A stretch of DNA of 64,000 nt from Actinomycetota bacterium (GTDB lineage: Bacteria; Actinomycetota; Actinomycetes; Nanopelagicales; Nanopelagicaceae): NCBI GenBank assembly GCA_947372965.1, contig CANBVR010000001.1:653-64652 (forward strand), given 5' to 3'. A program made the translations under genes and the position numbers. The first letter of the stretch is position 1. Each line of letters opens with the position of its first letter. Below the pieces are notes generated by a model. That model did not search any database. It worked only from the letters and a program-made list of their open reading frames with translations, and was not told the origin of the DNA. Below, piece after piece: positions 10,839 to 19,939 of the stretch.

Positions 10839-11717
10839 GTGGCAGTAAAGAAAACCGCAAAGAAGTCAGCCAAGAAGGCTGTTAAGAAATCTGCAGTCAA
10901 GAAGACTTCCGCCAAGAAAGCCGTTAAAAAATCTGCAGTCAAGAAGACTTCCGCCAAGAAGGCTGTTAAGAAGTCTGCTGTGAAAAAAACTGCCAAGCGA
11001 GCAGTTAAAAAGACGGTAAAGAAATCAACTATTAAGAAAAGTGCTAAGAAAGTTGCAAAGAAGAGCCCTGCGGCTTCGATCGTGATTCCACCAGTCCCAA
11101 CACCTGGAACTCGTATTGCGCCAAAATCAATTAACTCACTTCCAACAACTGGTACCGCAACAACTGGTACCGCAACAACTGGAAAAGAAATTTCTCCAGC
11201 GAATAAGAGTGCAGATAAATCTTCTAACCGGGTAATGATCGCAGTAGTAGTAGGAATTGTCCTGCTCGCTCTTGTTGTGGTCTCACGAAACTCATCTTCT
11301 TCTAAGAGCGATTCAGCTGCGCCTGCTGCATCAAATTCAGCATCAGCCGCGCCAGCTACACCAGATGCCTCGACTACACCTGAAGCAACTGCAGCTTCAA
11401 GTACAGCGGCAACACCATCAGCAGCAACAGCAGGCCACACTGAACCAAAAGGAATTGTTGCTCACTACACCGCAAATGGCGCCACAATTTTCTGGCAATC
11501 CCCAACAGAGACAACCGGACTTTCAAACTACAACGTTGAAATCCGCTCGAATGGCGGAGCTTGGAAGTTAATTTCTACCGTTCCTGCATCACAACTTTCA
11601 ATTGATATCACCAAAGGAGATGCGGTCGGTTGGTCATCATTCCGAGTCTCTTCTGTTTACTCAGATGGTCAAGTTATTGGTGGAAAGGTATTCGGTCTAC
11701 CAGGCCAATACGCTTAA
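10839..11717 (+). CDS. single-pass membrane protein with Lys/Ala-rich histone-H1-like N-terminal repeats, a Ser/Ala/Thr/Pro linker and a C-terminal fibronectin-III-like domain
   Basis: GTG start 9 nt after AAGGAG. Residues 1-76 are (S/T)AKKAVKKSAVKK-type repeats. One TM helix is VMIAVVVGIVLLALVVV (aa 132-149). The linker is low-complexity STAP. The C-terminal ~85 aa (IVAHYTANGATIFWQSP...YNVEIRSNGGAWKLIS...FRVSSVYSDG) look like FN3. Confidence 0.7.
   Translation: MAVKKTAKKSAKKAVKKSAVKKTSAKKAVKKSAVKKTSAKKAVKKSAVKKTAKRAVKKTVKKSTIKKSAKKVAKKSPAASIVIPPVPTPGTRIAPKSINSLPTTGTATTGTATTGKEISPANKSADKSSNRVMIAVVVGIVLLALVVVSRNSSSSKSDSAAPAASNSASAAPATPDASTTPEATAASSTAATPSAATAGHTEPKGIVAHYTANGATIFWQSPTETTGLSNYNVEIRSNGGAWKLISTVPASQLSIDITKGDAVGWSSFRVSSVYSDGQVIGGKVFGLPGQYA
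10869..10994 (+). repeat. three tandem 42-bp coding repeats (GCCAAGAAGGCTGTTAAGAAATCTGCAGTCAAGAAGACTTCC and variants)
   Basis: Units at 10869-10910, 10911-10952 and 10953-10994 are near-identical by direct reading. They encode the 14-aa AKKAVKKSAVKKT(S/A) unit. A second short repeat, ACAACTGGTACCGCA x2.5, follows at about 11146-11183. Confidence 0.9.
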
Positions 11718-11728
11718 TTAGTTACAGC

Positions 11729-13483
11729 TCAACCGAGAGCTTCTAAAATGGCAGCAACATAAACGTTGCTGCCATTTTCATTTAAATGCACGCCATCTGG
11801 TGCAAAGAATTCTGGATGATTTGATGAAATTTCCTGCCAATTTACTAAGGTTGTTTGCGGGTAGATTTTAATTACATCATCAATGATTTTGTTATTTTGA
11901 TCTTTCCAGGCCCGTGGGACTGAGGTATTTACCAAAATAATTCGCGGTTGATTCTTTAAAAGATCCAGCAATTTGATCAAATCATCACGAACGATTGTAT
12001 TGTTATTTCCTACGTCAAGCACAACGATTGAATCTGGAACCAAGTGTTGGTCGGCTTTAACTACATCTATAAGCTCCGCAAGTTGGCGGCCAACCCGGGC
12101 GTTAACTAGAGCGAGAGCCTTCTTACTAGCTAATTTATTCTTGATTCCGAGAATTACCGAATCTCCAGTCAGCCAAATTCCTTTGCTCGAGGCGGAAATA
12201 ACTGGTGCATCAATTTTCGTATCTTGCTTGATTACTACTACTTCGTGATAATTTCTATGCCAGGCCGTTGCACCAGAAGCCAAGGAAACTGCAGATACGA
12301 GAGAGATGCAGACCGCAACAAAGATTCGTTGTCGCCTTTGAATAACTTTTCCTCGGTATTTAATGCCGCGAAGCCAAGTTTGAACGACACCGCGACGAAT
12401 CGGAACTTCGAGATACCGGAGTGAAATATCTGCCAGGGCAAGTACTAGGAGAATTCGAGCTAAATCAAGAGCAATCGCCGAACCGGCCGCAAGGTCCACT
12501 GAGGGTCTTGTTACTTGGAAAACAACCCAGTGCCAAAGATAAATTCCATATGATCGGCGACCAATCCACAGCAATACCTTTGAACTTAGGATTGGCGCAA
12601 AACGCGATGCTGGATGCACCAAGGAGATAATTGTTGCGCAGCCAAACACTCCTGCCAGCGGAAAGGCTGCGCGGTACATGGCTGCGTTGCTCTCATTAAT
12701 GAAGAGAAAAGATGTGAGTAAACCAAATAGTCCGAACATTCCAATTCCATCAATAAAATCTTGCGCTCTCTGGGAGATCTCGGCTGTTAGATTTCTTGGA
12801 ATCCAACTAACTGCTAATGCTGATCCCAAAAATAAACCTAGACTGTGGGTATCAGAACCAAAGTAGATATGGCTAATGCGTCCAGAATTTGTGCTCTCTA
12901 CCCGAAGTGAAAAAAGGAAAAGGGAAACTCCAGATAAAAGTGCGATTAAAAGCGCCGCTCTGGCCACACTCTTTTTGCCATATTTACGCCAAATAAAATA
13001 TAAAACAAAGGGCCAGACGGCGTAAAATTGTGCTTCAACAGCTAATGACCAAGTGTGTTGCAGAAGTGGCGGCCTACCTGACGTGGCGAAGTAATCCTGG
13101 TGAAGTGAAACCAAGTGCCAGTTGTTTGTGCCAGTCAGAACAAAAGGCATATCAGAGAAAATTCTTTTGATTGAATCTGGTGCAACACTTGCCGAAATTA
13201 CTAGGGTTCCAATTACAACTGCGATTAGCCCAGGATATAGACGGCGAACTCTGGCCCAATAAAATTCCCGAAGATCAAGGCCATTAATACTTTCAATTGA
13301 ATCCAGAATTAATCGGGTAATTACATATCCAGAAATTACAAAGAAGAGATCTACTCCAAGAAAGCCACCAGGAATCCACTTGACTCCCAAGTGAAAGAGT
13401 AGGACGGCGGAAACTGCTATCGCTCGCAGTCCATCGATTGGTGGAATGTAACTCGATGTATTTTTGGAACGTTTTGAAGTCAT
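11729..13483 (-). CDS. acyltransferase-3 family membrane O-acyltransferase fused to a C-terminal SGNH/GDSL domain (OatA/OafA-like)
   Basis: 584 aa. The N-terminus IDGLRAIAVSAVLLFH is followed by about 10 TM segments. The C-terminal domain carries WLTGDSVILG (block I) and APDGVHLNENG (block V). Confidence 0.8.
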   Translation of the reverse strand: MTSKRSKNTSSYIPPIDGLRAIAVSAVLLFHLGVKWIPGGFLGVDLFFVISGYVITRLILDSIESINGLDLREFYWARVRRLYPGLIAVVIGTLVISASVAPDSIKRIFSDMPFVLTGTNNWHLVSLHQDYFATSGRPPLLQHTWSLAVEAQFYAVWPFVLYFIWRKYGKKSVARAALLIALLSGVSLFLFSLRVESTNSGRISHIYFGSDTHSLGLFLGSALAVSWIPRNLTAEISQRAQDFIDGIGMFGLFGLLTSFLFINESNAAMYRAAFPLAGVFGCATIISLVHPASRFAPILSSKVLLWIGRRSYGIYLWHWVVFQVTRPSVDLAAGSAIALDLARILLVLALADISLRYLEVPIRRGVVQTWLRGIKYRGKVIQRRQRIFVAVCISLVSAVSLASGATAWHRNYHEVVVIKQDTKIDAPVISASSKGIWLTGDSVILGIKNKLASKKALALVNARVGRQLAELIDVVKADQHLVPDSIVVLDVGNNNTIVRDDLIKLLDLLKNQPRIILVNTSVPRAWKDQNNKIIDDVIKIYPQTTLVNWQEISSNHPEFFAPDGVHLNENGSNVYVAAILEALG

Positions 13484-14262
13484 TACTTACGTTTTTTAGC
13501 AGGTGCTTTCTTGGCAACCTTCTTCACATGTGCTTTGGCAACCACCTCTTTTTTCTTTGGAATAGAGTTCTTTACTGGGCGATTTTGCTCATCAAGGTTG
13601 GAATCGACTTCACTTTGGAGTGTTGCTAGGCGATCAAAGGCAGTTTCCAAACGATTCTTGGTTTCGGCAATTGCCCGCTCCGCAGCGGTAAGAGACTGGG
13701 CTTGAATTCGATATAGTCGATCTGATTCAGAGATTGCAGAAGTCAACCAACCACGGAAACTTGAAATTTCACCTGTTGCTTCAGAGATCAGTCGCTCTGC
13801 TTCGCGCTTTGCCGATGAAGCCATTGCGGATGCTTCTCGTTTTGCTTCGATGACAAGAGTTTCTGCCTCTCGAATTACCTTATTACGAATTTCAGATGCT
13901 TCAGTTTCAGCAGTTTCAAGATACTTACGGCCACGAGACTCCGCACCGGAAAGGATCGACTTCGCTTTGGATTCAGCCGCGTCTAGCTTCTCCTTTGTGA
14001 TTTTAGCTGCTTCGGAGAGGGTGCGTTCGGCGGATGCATTTGCTCGAGACTCGCGAGTTTGCGCAGTCTTAATCAGACTCATTGCAGTTTCTGTTGCAAG
14101 AATCTCGAACTCTTCTTTCGTCAGACTTGTGATATCGCGACGAGAACGTAATTCATTTAGTTGAGCTTCGAGTTGGCGAATTCGCTCAACAGCATTCTCG
14201 TTTGGCGCAGCCTTAACTTCCTCTTTAAAACCTACCCAATTTCGAAAATTCTTCTCAGCCAT
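13483..14262 (-). CDS. coiled-coil protein with Lys-rich basic C-terminal tail
   Basis: 259 aa, almost entirely heptad-like A/E/R/K/S-rich helix. It ends in KKKEVVAKAHVKKVAKKAPAKKRK. Its stop overlaps the acyltransferase start (TAATG), which suggests co-translation. Confidence 0.6.
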   Translation of the reverse strand: MAEKNFRNWVGFKEEVKAAPNENAVERIRQLEAQLNELRSRRDITSLTKEEFEILATETAMSLIKTAQTRESRANASAERTLSEAAKITKEKLDAAESKAKSILSGAESRGRKYLETAETEASEIRNKVIREAETLVIEAKREASAMASSAKREAERLISEATGEISSFRGWLTSAISESDRLYRIQAQSLTAAERAIAETKNRLETAFDRLATLQSEVDSNLDEQNRPVKNSIPKKKEVVAKAHVKKVAKKAPAKKRK

Positions 14263-14410
14263 TTACTTACTCCTCTTTATTGGTACGGGGCCCCGAGCAG
14301 AGTCATATCTTAGGGTTTGTGCCTTAGCCTGAAAACTAATAGTTCTTGCACCGTACGCATGATTTGGCGGGGCAAAGTGGATGATTTACGAGTAATGGAT
14401 GAAAAAATGC

Positions 14411-14494
14411 TGGTGCGGGAGGCGGGACTTGAACCCGCACGTCCGAAGACACAGGTTCCTAAGACCTGCGTGTCTGCCATTTCACCACTCCCGC
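14411..14494 (-). tRNA. tRNA-Leu (anticodon UAG), CCA encoded
   Basis: The reverse complement reads GCGGGAG-TG-GTG-AAATGGCAGA-CAC-G-CAGGT-CTTAGGA-ACCTG-TGTCTTCGGACGT-GCGGG-TTCAAGT-CCCGC-CTCCCGC-A-CCA. It has a 7-bp acceptor stem, a long variable arm and a TTCAAGT T-loop. Confidence 0.92.
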
Positions 14495-14609
14495 GAGGAG
14501 TTAGTAAGAGAACATTAAAGGAGGAAGCACAAAAGCACCAAACTGAGGAATTTTCAGATTAAATTGCCTCATAGAAGCCCATCCGGGACTAACTAAATTG
14601 GAGCGATTA

Positions 14610-15767
14610 ATGGCATTCACACCAACAGCAGCAGACAAGTTCACCTTTGGACTTTGGACCGTTGGCTGGCAAGCGCGAGATCCCTTTGGCGATGCAACAC
14701 GTGGCGCACTCGATCCAGTTCGATCTGTAAATGAACTCGCATCACGTGGCGCATATGGCGTGACATTCCATGATGATGATCTGATTCCATTTGGTTCTGA
14801 TGAATCAACTCGTCAAGAACATATTGACCGATTCAAGAAGGCGCTATCTGAAACTGGAATGAAAGTTCCAATGGCAACAACAAATTTATTTACACATCCG
14901 ATCTTTAAAGATGGCGCTCTGACTGCAAATGAACCAGAAATCCGACGCTTTGCAATCTCAAAGGTCATGCGCAATATTGATCTAGCTGCCGAACTTGGTG
15001 CGGAGATTTATGTTTGCTGGGGCGGTCGCGAAGGCGCGGAGTCAGATGCTGCAAAGGATGGTTATGTTGCACTAGAACGCTATCGCGAAGGCTTTAACAT
15101 TCTTGGACAATATGTAATCGATAAGGGTTACAACATTAAATTTGCAATCGAACCAAAGCCAAACGAACCACGTGGCGATATCTTCTTGCCAACAATTGGT
15201 CACGCCCTTGCCTTTATCAATTCACTTGAACACCCAGAAATGGTTGGCGTAAATCCAGAAGTAGGCCACGAACAAATGGCTAACCTCAACTTTGTGCACG
15301 GAATTGCCCAAGCGCTCTTCCATAAGAAGTTGTTCCACATTGATCTAAATGGTCAACATGGTCCTAAGTTCGACCAGGATTTGGTCTTCGGGCATGGAGA
15401 TTTGAAGTCAGCCTTCTTCCTAGTAGATCTCCTAGAGCGCTACAACTACCAAGGTCCAAAGCATTTTGATTACAAGCCGGGTCGCACAGAAGATGATCGT
15501 GGTGTTTGGGTTTCTGCAACATCAAATATGCAGACCTATTTGGCACTTCGCGAACGTGCTCGTGCATTCCGCGCTGATCCACGTGTACAAGCTGCAATCA
15601 AAGATTCTCGCATTGATCAACTCGAGCAACCGACGTTGAAAACTGGCGAAACTTGGAAGGATCTAGTTTCAGTAAATGTTGATGTTGATGGTTTGGCGGC
15701 CCGTGGTTACCAATATGAAACTATCGATCAATTAGCAATCGAACATTTGATGGGCGTTGGTAAGTAA
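14610..15767 (+). CDS. xylA: xylose isomerase (class I, actinobacterial type)
   Basis: N-terminus [20 protein letters not shown], plus [23 protein letters not shown] and [12 protein letters not shown] preferred the ATG at 14610 to the tracked TTG at 14598. Confidence 0.9.
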   Translation: MAFTPTAADKFTFGLWTVGWQARDPFGDATRGALDPVRSVNELASRGAYGVTFHDDDLIPFGSDESTRQEHIDRFKKALSETGMKVPMATTNLFTHPIFKDGALTANEPEIRRFAISKVMRNIDLAAELGAEIYVCWGGREGAESDAAKDGYVALERYREGFNILGQYVIDKGYNIKFAIEPKPNEPRGDIFLPTIGHALAFINSLEHPEMVGVNPEVGHEQMANLNFVHGIAQALFHKKLFHIDLNGQHGPKFDQDLVFGHGDLKSAFFLVDLLERYNYQGPKHFDYKPGRTEDDRGVWVSATSNMQTYLALRERARAFRADPRVQAAIKDSRIDQLEQPTLKTGETWKDLVSVNVDVDGLAARGYQYETIDQLAIEHLMGVGK

Positions 15768-16816
15768 GCGCAAACTCGACCTTGCGTTGTAAAACCAAGA
15801 TCAAATAAGGCTCGTATCCCGCTTCGAGTTACTGACTCGGGGCGGAGAATTATTGATGGAATTTTTATAGTCCCATTGTTTGTTACGCCATTGATGTTAT
15901 TCGGATTTTCGCCTGACAAAAGACTGCTCGCAAGCAAAGCAGTTGCTTGCGCCTCGAGGCGAGAATCTTTAAAGACAGTCATATAAATGTCGTTTGTTAA
16001 GAGGGCGGCCAATCCGGCATCCGTTGCATCTTGCGAAGTAACACACTTCGGTACTGGGCGACCCATTCGTTTAATTTCAGCGATCGCAGCCAGCGCAATT
16101 CCATCATTTCCAGCAATTAGCCCTTCAATTGGAACTGAGGAACTTAGTAGAACTCTACGAACAATCGGAGCTACTTCAATTGGATTCCAATCTGGAATCG
16201 CAATATTTTCGGCCAGAACCGCGGCGCCGGATTGGAACTTTTTAGTCAAGACTGAGAAGTTTCCCCTCGTAACATTTGTGGCATTTCCATCTGAGTCCGG
16301 ACCAAGCAATAGCAAAATATTAGGTTGGACAACTTTCTTGGCTGCAAGGCACTCGTTTAGAGCTTGTGCCTGCAGGTTGCCAATTTTCTCACCGTCGAAA
16401 GTAACAAAATATGAAGAAGAACCATTACTTGTTAAACGGTCATAATCAATAACAGGGACTCCCTGAGTCTTTGCTTTATCTTCAACTTGCTTTGCAGAGT
16501 TGGAATCAAGGTTTGCGATTACTAATACTTTGGCCCCTTCGGTTAATAGGCGGTCTGCAATCGTTTTAAAAGTTGTTTGGTTGCCAGCAGCATTTTCAAT
16601 TTTAATTCTTATGCCGGCCAAGGAAAATGCCGTAAGCAGAGCCTGACGATCTGAATCCTTCCATCTAGTTGAAGAGGAGGTATCGGGCAAAATAATTCCA
16701 ACGAAGCCCTGATTAATTGCAGCCTTTGTGGCATGGGTAGAACTAAATAGGTAAAAAGATCCTGCCATCAGGGTAAGTAACATGAAGGCGGCAACAATCT
16801 TGGTATTTATCTTCAC
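15728..16816 (-). CDS. periplasmic-binding-protein type I sugar-binding protein (XylF/RbsB-like), solitary
   Basis: A hydrophobic leader ([26 protein letters not shown]) is followed by [25 protein letters not shown] and VIDYDRL, typical of pentose-binding proteins. I placed the start at the GTG at 16816 (uncertain; the ATG at 16783 is also possible) so that it does not run into argS. Confidence 0.65.
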   Translation of the reverse strand: MKINTKIVAAFMLLTLMAGSFYLFSSTHATKAAINQGFVGIILPDTSSSTRWKDSDRQALLTAFSLAGIRIKIENAAGNQTTFKTIADRLLTEGAKVLVIANLDSNSAKQVEDKAKTQGVPVIDYDRLTSNGSSSYFVTFDGEKIGNLQAQALNECLAAKKVVQPNILLLLGPDSDGNATNVTRGNFSVLTKKFQSGAAVLAENIAIPDWNPIEVAPIVRRVLLSSSVPIEGLIAGNDGIALAAIAEIKRMGRPVPKCVTSQDATDAGLAALLTNDIYMTVFKDSRLEAQATALLASSLLSGENPNNINGVTNNGTIKIPSIILRPESVTRSGIRALFDLGFTTQGRVCAYLPTPIKCSIAN

Positions 16817-16879
16817 TTTATTAATCGCCCCCTTTAATGCACAATCACGACGCTTGAATCCTAGGGTAACCTTCTCTAA

Positions 16880-18547
16880 ATGAGCGCGGTACTGAGCATC
16901 CAAGATCAGATTAGCGCTGCCATTGTGCAAATTCTCCAAGGCGCTAAGAACCAACTCAATTGTGAACTCCCAACGCAGATCGCCCTAGAACGTCCAAAGA
17001 ATCGTGACCATGGAGATTATGCAACTTCTATTTCCCTGGCTCTAGCCAAACCTTCCGGCAAAGCCCCAAGAGAGATAGCTGAAATAATTAAAGTTGGTCT
17101 AGAAGCGCGTGAAGATATTGCAAAGGTTGATATCGCTGGTCCAGGGTTTATAAATATAACTTTGGCCAAGGCCAGCCAAGGCGCAACGATTGTAAATATT
17201 TTAGACAGTGGCGCAAAGTTTGGCCATGGCAAAGTATTGAGTGGCAAGAAGATAAATCTGGAATTCGTTAGCGCTAACCCGACAGGACCATTGCATCTTG
17301 GCCATACAAGATGGGCAGCAACTGGCGATGCGCTTGGTCGCGTCTTATCTGCAGCAGGTGCAGATGTAACTCGAGAATTTTATGTAAATGACCGTGGAAA
17401 TCAGATGGAACTCTTCGGTGCCTCACTTCGCACTGCCGCACTTGGGCAACCGCGTCCAGAAGATGGATATCACGGCGCATATATTGAGGACCTAGCAAAA
17501 GAAATCGTTGCTGCTCATCCAGAAGTATTGAAATTAGATGAAGCTCAGAGTATTTCTGCCTTTCGCGATTTTGGATACCACTTACAGCTCGACCAACAAC
17601 GTAAAGTATTGGATGCATTCAATACTCACTTCGACGTGTGGTTCTCAGAGAAAAGTTTGTATGAAGACAATTTTTTCCAGCACTGTCAAGATGTTTTAAA
17701 ATCTAAGGGCCATGTCTTTGATCTAGATGGCGCCACTTGGTTGCGGACAACAGATTTCGGTGATGATAAAGATCGTGTAATGGTTAAGTCTGATGGAACT
17801 TTGGCGTACTTTGCATCTGACTCGGCTTATTACATTTCAAAGCGCGAACGCGGTTTTGACATTCTTATATATATGCTCGGCGCCGATCACCATGGTTATG
17901 TCAATCGCTTGAAAGCCCTTGCTGCTTGCAATAACGATAATCCGGATTACAACATCGATGTCCTAATTGGCCAGATGGTAAAGATTATGGAAGGTGGGGA
18001 AGAGGTAAAGCTCTCCAAGCGGGCTGGAACAATAATTACCTTAGAAGAACTTGTTGAAAAAGTTGGAGTAGATGCCGCTCGTTACACCTTGATTCGTTAC
18101 CCAGTTAATACGCCAATGGTTATGGATGTGGATGTTCTACGTAGCCGAACCAATGAGAATCCGGTTTATTACGTGCAATATGCGCATGCTCGTATTTGTG
18201 GCGTACTTCGTAATGCGGCTGAACTTGGAATTAAATTTGGTACCGACCAAGTCCATCCAGAGCTACTAGTACACGAGCGTGAACGCGAATTAATTGGGCA
18301 ACTCGGCCAATTCCCTGGAGTTATTGCCTCAGCAGCAGAACTTCGCGAACCCCATCGCGTTGCTAGATATGTTGAAGAGCTCGCCGGTGTTTATCATCGC
18401 TTCTATGCTGATTGCCGCGTCCTTCCACTTGGAGATGAAGCACCATCGAACCTCCATAGCGCCCGCGCAACGCTCTGCCAAGCAACGGCGCAAGTCATTG
18501 CCAATGGCCTGGAACTCCTTGGTGTTAGCGCACCGGAGAAGATGTAA
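16880..18547 (+). CDS. argS: arginine--tRNA ligase
   Basis: 555 aa with an HIGH-like region (ANPTGPLHLGHTR), DHHGYVNRLK and MSKRAG-like KLSKRAGT. Confidence 0.92.
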   Translation: MSAVLSIQDQISAAIVQILQGAKNQLNCELPTQIALERPKNRDHGDYATSISLALAKPSGKAPREIAEIIKVGLEAREDIAKVDIAGPGFINITLAKASQGATIVNILDSGAKFGHGKVLSGKKINLEFVSANPTGPLHLGHTRWAATGDALGRVLSAAGADVTREFYVNDRGNQMELFGASLRTAALGQPRPEDGYHGAYIEDLAKEIVAAHPEVLKLDEAQSISAFRDFGYHLQLDQQRKVLDAFNTHFDVWFSEKSLYEDNFFQHCQDVLKSKGHVFDLDGATWLRTTDFGDDKDRVMVKSDGTLAYFASDSAYYISKRERGFDILIYMLGADHHGYVNRLKALAACNNDNPDYNIDVLIGQMVKIMEGGEEVKLSKRAGTIITLEELVEKVGVDAARYTLIRYPVNTPMVMDVDVLRSRTNENPVYYVQYAHARICGVLRNAAELGIKFGTDQVHPELLVHERERELIGQLGQFPGVIASAAELREPHRVARYVEELAGVYHRFYADCRVLPLGDEAPSNLHSARATLCQATAQVIANGLELLGVSAPEKM

Positions 18548-18551
18548 ATAA

Positions 18552-19904
18552 ATGAAATTCTTACAAAGCGTCTTTTCAATCAACTCTGAGATGGTCAATG
18601 GTGAGTTGGTAATTGGTGGTTGCAAATCCTCATTATTAGCAAAAGAATTTGGCACGCCTCTATTTATTATCGATGAAAACGATTTCAATACTCGCTTAAA
18701 GTCTTGGAAGTCAGCCCTAGATCGCCACTTTGGAGCTCAAGCCGGAACGGTTTACTACGCTTCTAAATCTTTTATCTCGATAGAGGTTGCAAAATGGATT
18801 AGCAGTTCTGGAATTGGCATCGATGTCTGCAGTGGTGGCGAACTAGCCGTTGCACTTGCGGCGAACTTTGATCCAGCAAAAATTGAACTACATGGAAATA
18901 ACAAGTCAGAGGCTGAAATTCGAAGCGCTATCAAAGCTGGTGTTGCAAAGATTGTGATTGATTCTCACCAAGAGATCGAACGTGTTAATCGCATTGCTAA
19001 AGAATTTGGAGTCATCCAAACTGTATTGATTCGATTAACTCCTGGGGTCGAGGCTCACACCCACGAATTTATTTCAACGGCCCACGAAGATGTGAAATTT
19101 GGCTTCTCAATCTCAAGTGGTGATGCAACTAAGGCAGCGCAAGAAGTAGAAGCGTTAGCAAACCTTCACCTAGCTGGAATTCATTGCCACATCGGCTCAC
19201 AGATTTTCGAGTCTGAGGGATTTGAAACTGCAGCGACTCGGTTGATTGAGTTCTTGGCGCAATTTCGTGATCGCAATTCCCGTGAGCTTCCCGAGTTAGA
19301 TCTCGGCGGCGGTTACGGAGTTGCTTACGTTGAGGGTGAAACAACTTACGATCCAGACCTAGCAATGTCGGCGATCGCTTCTCTTGTGAAAGATCAATGC
19401 GCCAAGCACAAACTGGTCGTGCCTACTGTTTCAATTGAACCAGGTCGCGCCATTTCGGCGCCAACAACGACAACTCTTTATGAAGTAGGTACTACCAAGA
19501 ATGTAACTCTTGATGAAGGTGGCATTCGCCGTTACATTGCAGTAGATGGTGGAATGAGCGACAATATTCGCCCGGCACTTTACGGCGCCGAATATTCTGC
19601 GCTCCTGGCTAACCGCACCTCGACTTCAAGTGAAATTTCATCGCGTCTAGTTGGAAAGCACTGCGAAAGTGGTGACATCATCATTCGCGAAATAGATCTC
19701 CCATCAGATATTGGACCAGGAGATTTAATTGCGATCCCAACAACTGGTGCATACGGCAGAAGTATGGCCAGCAATTACAACCATATGCCGCGCCCAGCAG
19801 TTGTGGCCGTTAATGATGGAACCGCTCGCGTAATTTTGCGGCGCGAGACGCAAGAAGACCTACTTTCCCTTGATGTCACTGAGGCTCCCCGCGTAATTAA
19901 TTAG
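18552..19904 (+). CDS. lysA: diaminopimelate decarboxylase
   Basis: Fold-III PLP decarboxylase with YASKSF (PLP Lys), HCHIGSQI, DLGGGYGV, EPGRAI and CESGD. Confidence 0.9.
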   Translation: MKFLQSVFSINSEMVNGELVIGGCKSSLLAKEFGTPLFIIDENDFNTRLKSWKSALDRHFGAQAGTVYYASKSFISIEVAKWISSSGIGIDVCSGGELAVALAANFDPAKIELHGNNKSEAEIRSAIKAGVAKIVIDSHQEIERVNRIAKEFGVIQTVLIRLTPGVEAHTHEFISTAHEDVKFGFSISSGDATKAAQEVEALANLHLAGIHCHIGSQIFESEGFETAATRLIEFLAQFRDRNSRELPELDLGGGYGVAYVEGETTYDPDLAMSAIASLVKDQCAKHKLVVPTVSIEPGRAISAPTTTTLYEVGTTKNVTLDEGGIRRYIAVDGGMSDNIRPALYGAEYSALLANRTSTSSEISSRLVGKHCESGDIIIREIDLPSDIGPGDLIAIPTTGAYGRSMASNYNHMPRPAVVAVNDGTARVILRRETQEDLLSLDVTEAPRVIN

Positions 19905-19939
19905 TCATTTGCGCGTCGGAAATAGGGGAGAATAAGGCC

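Noticed and set aside
10805-11440. 211-aa minus-strand ORF antisense to the Lys-repeat/FN3 gene
   Set aside because: It is the mirror image of the AAG/GCC-rich coding repeats, giving FLTA/FFTA repeats and Ala/Val runs. It has no start context and overlaps a better-supported gene. This is a typical antisense artefact.
14317-14562. 81-aa ORF overlapping the tRNA-Leu locus
   Set aside because: It covers a clean cloverleaf tRNA on the opposite strand, so the ORF is incidental.
14263-14600. Possible integration hotspot or prophage at tRNA-Leu
   Set aside because: There is no integrase, no direct repeat of the tRNA 3' end, and no phage genes on either side. The flanking genes are ordinary chromosomal genes.
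16817-16954. N-terminal extension of the sugar-binding protein ORF overlapping argS
   Set aside because: It would overlap the well-supported argS start by 75 nt. The hydrophobic leader begins after the GTG at 16816.
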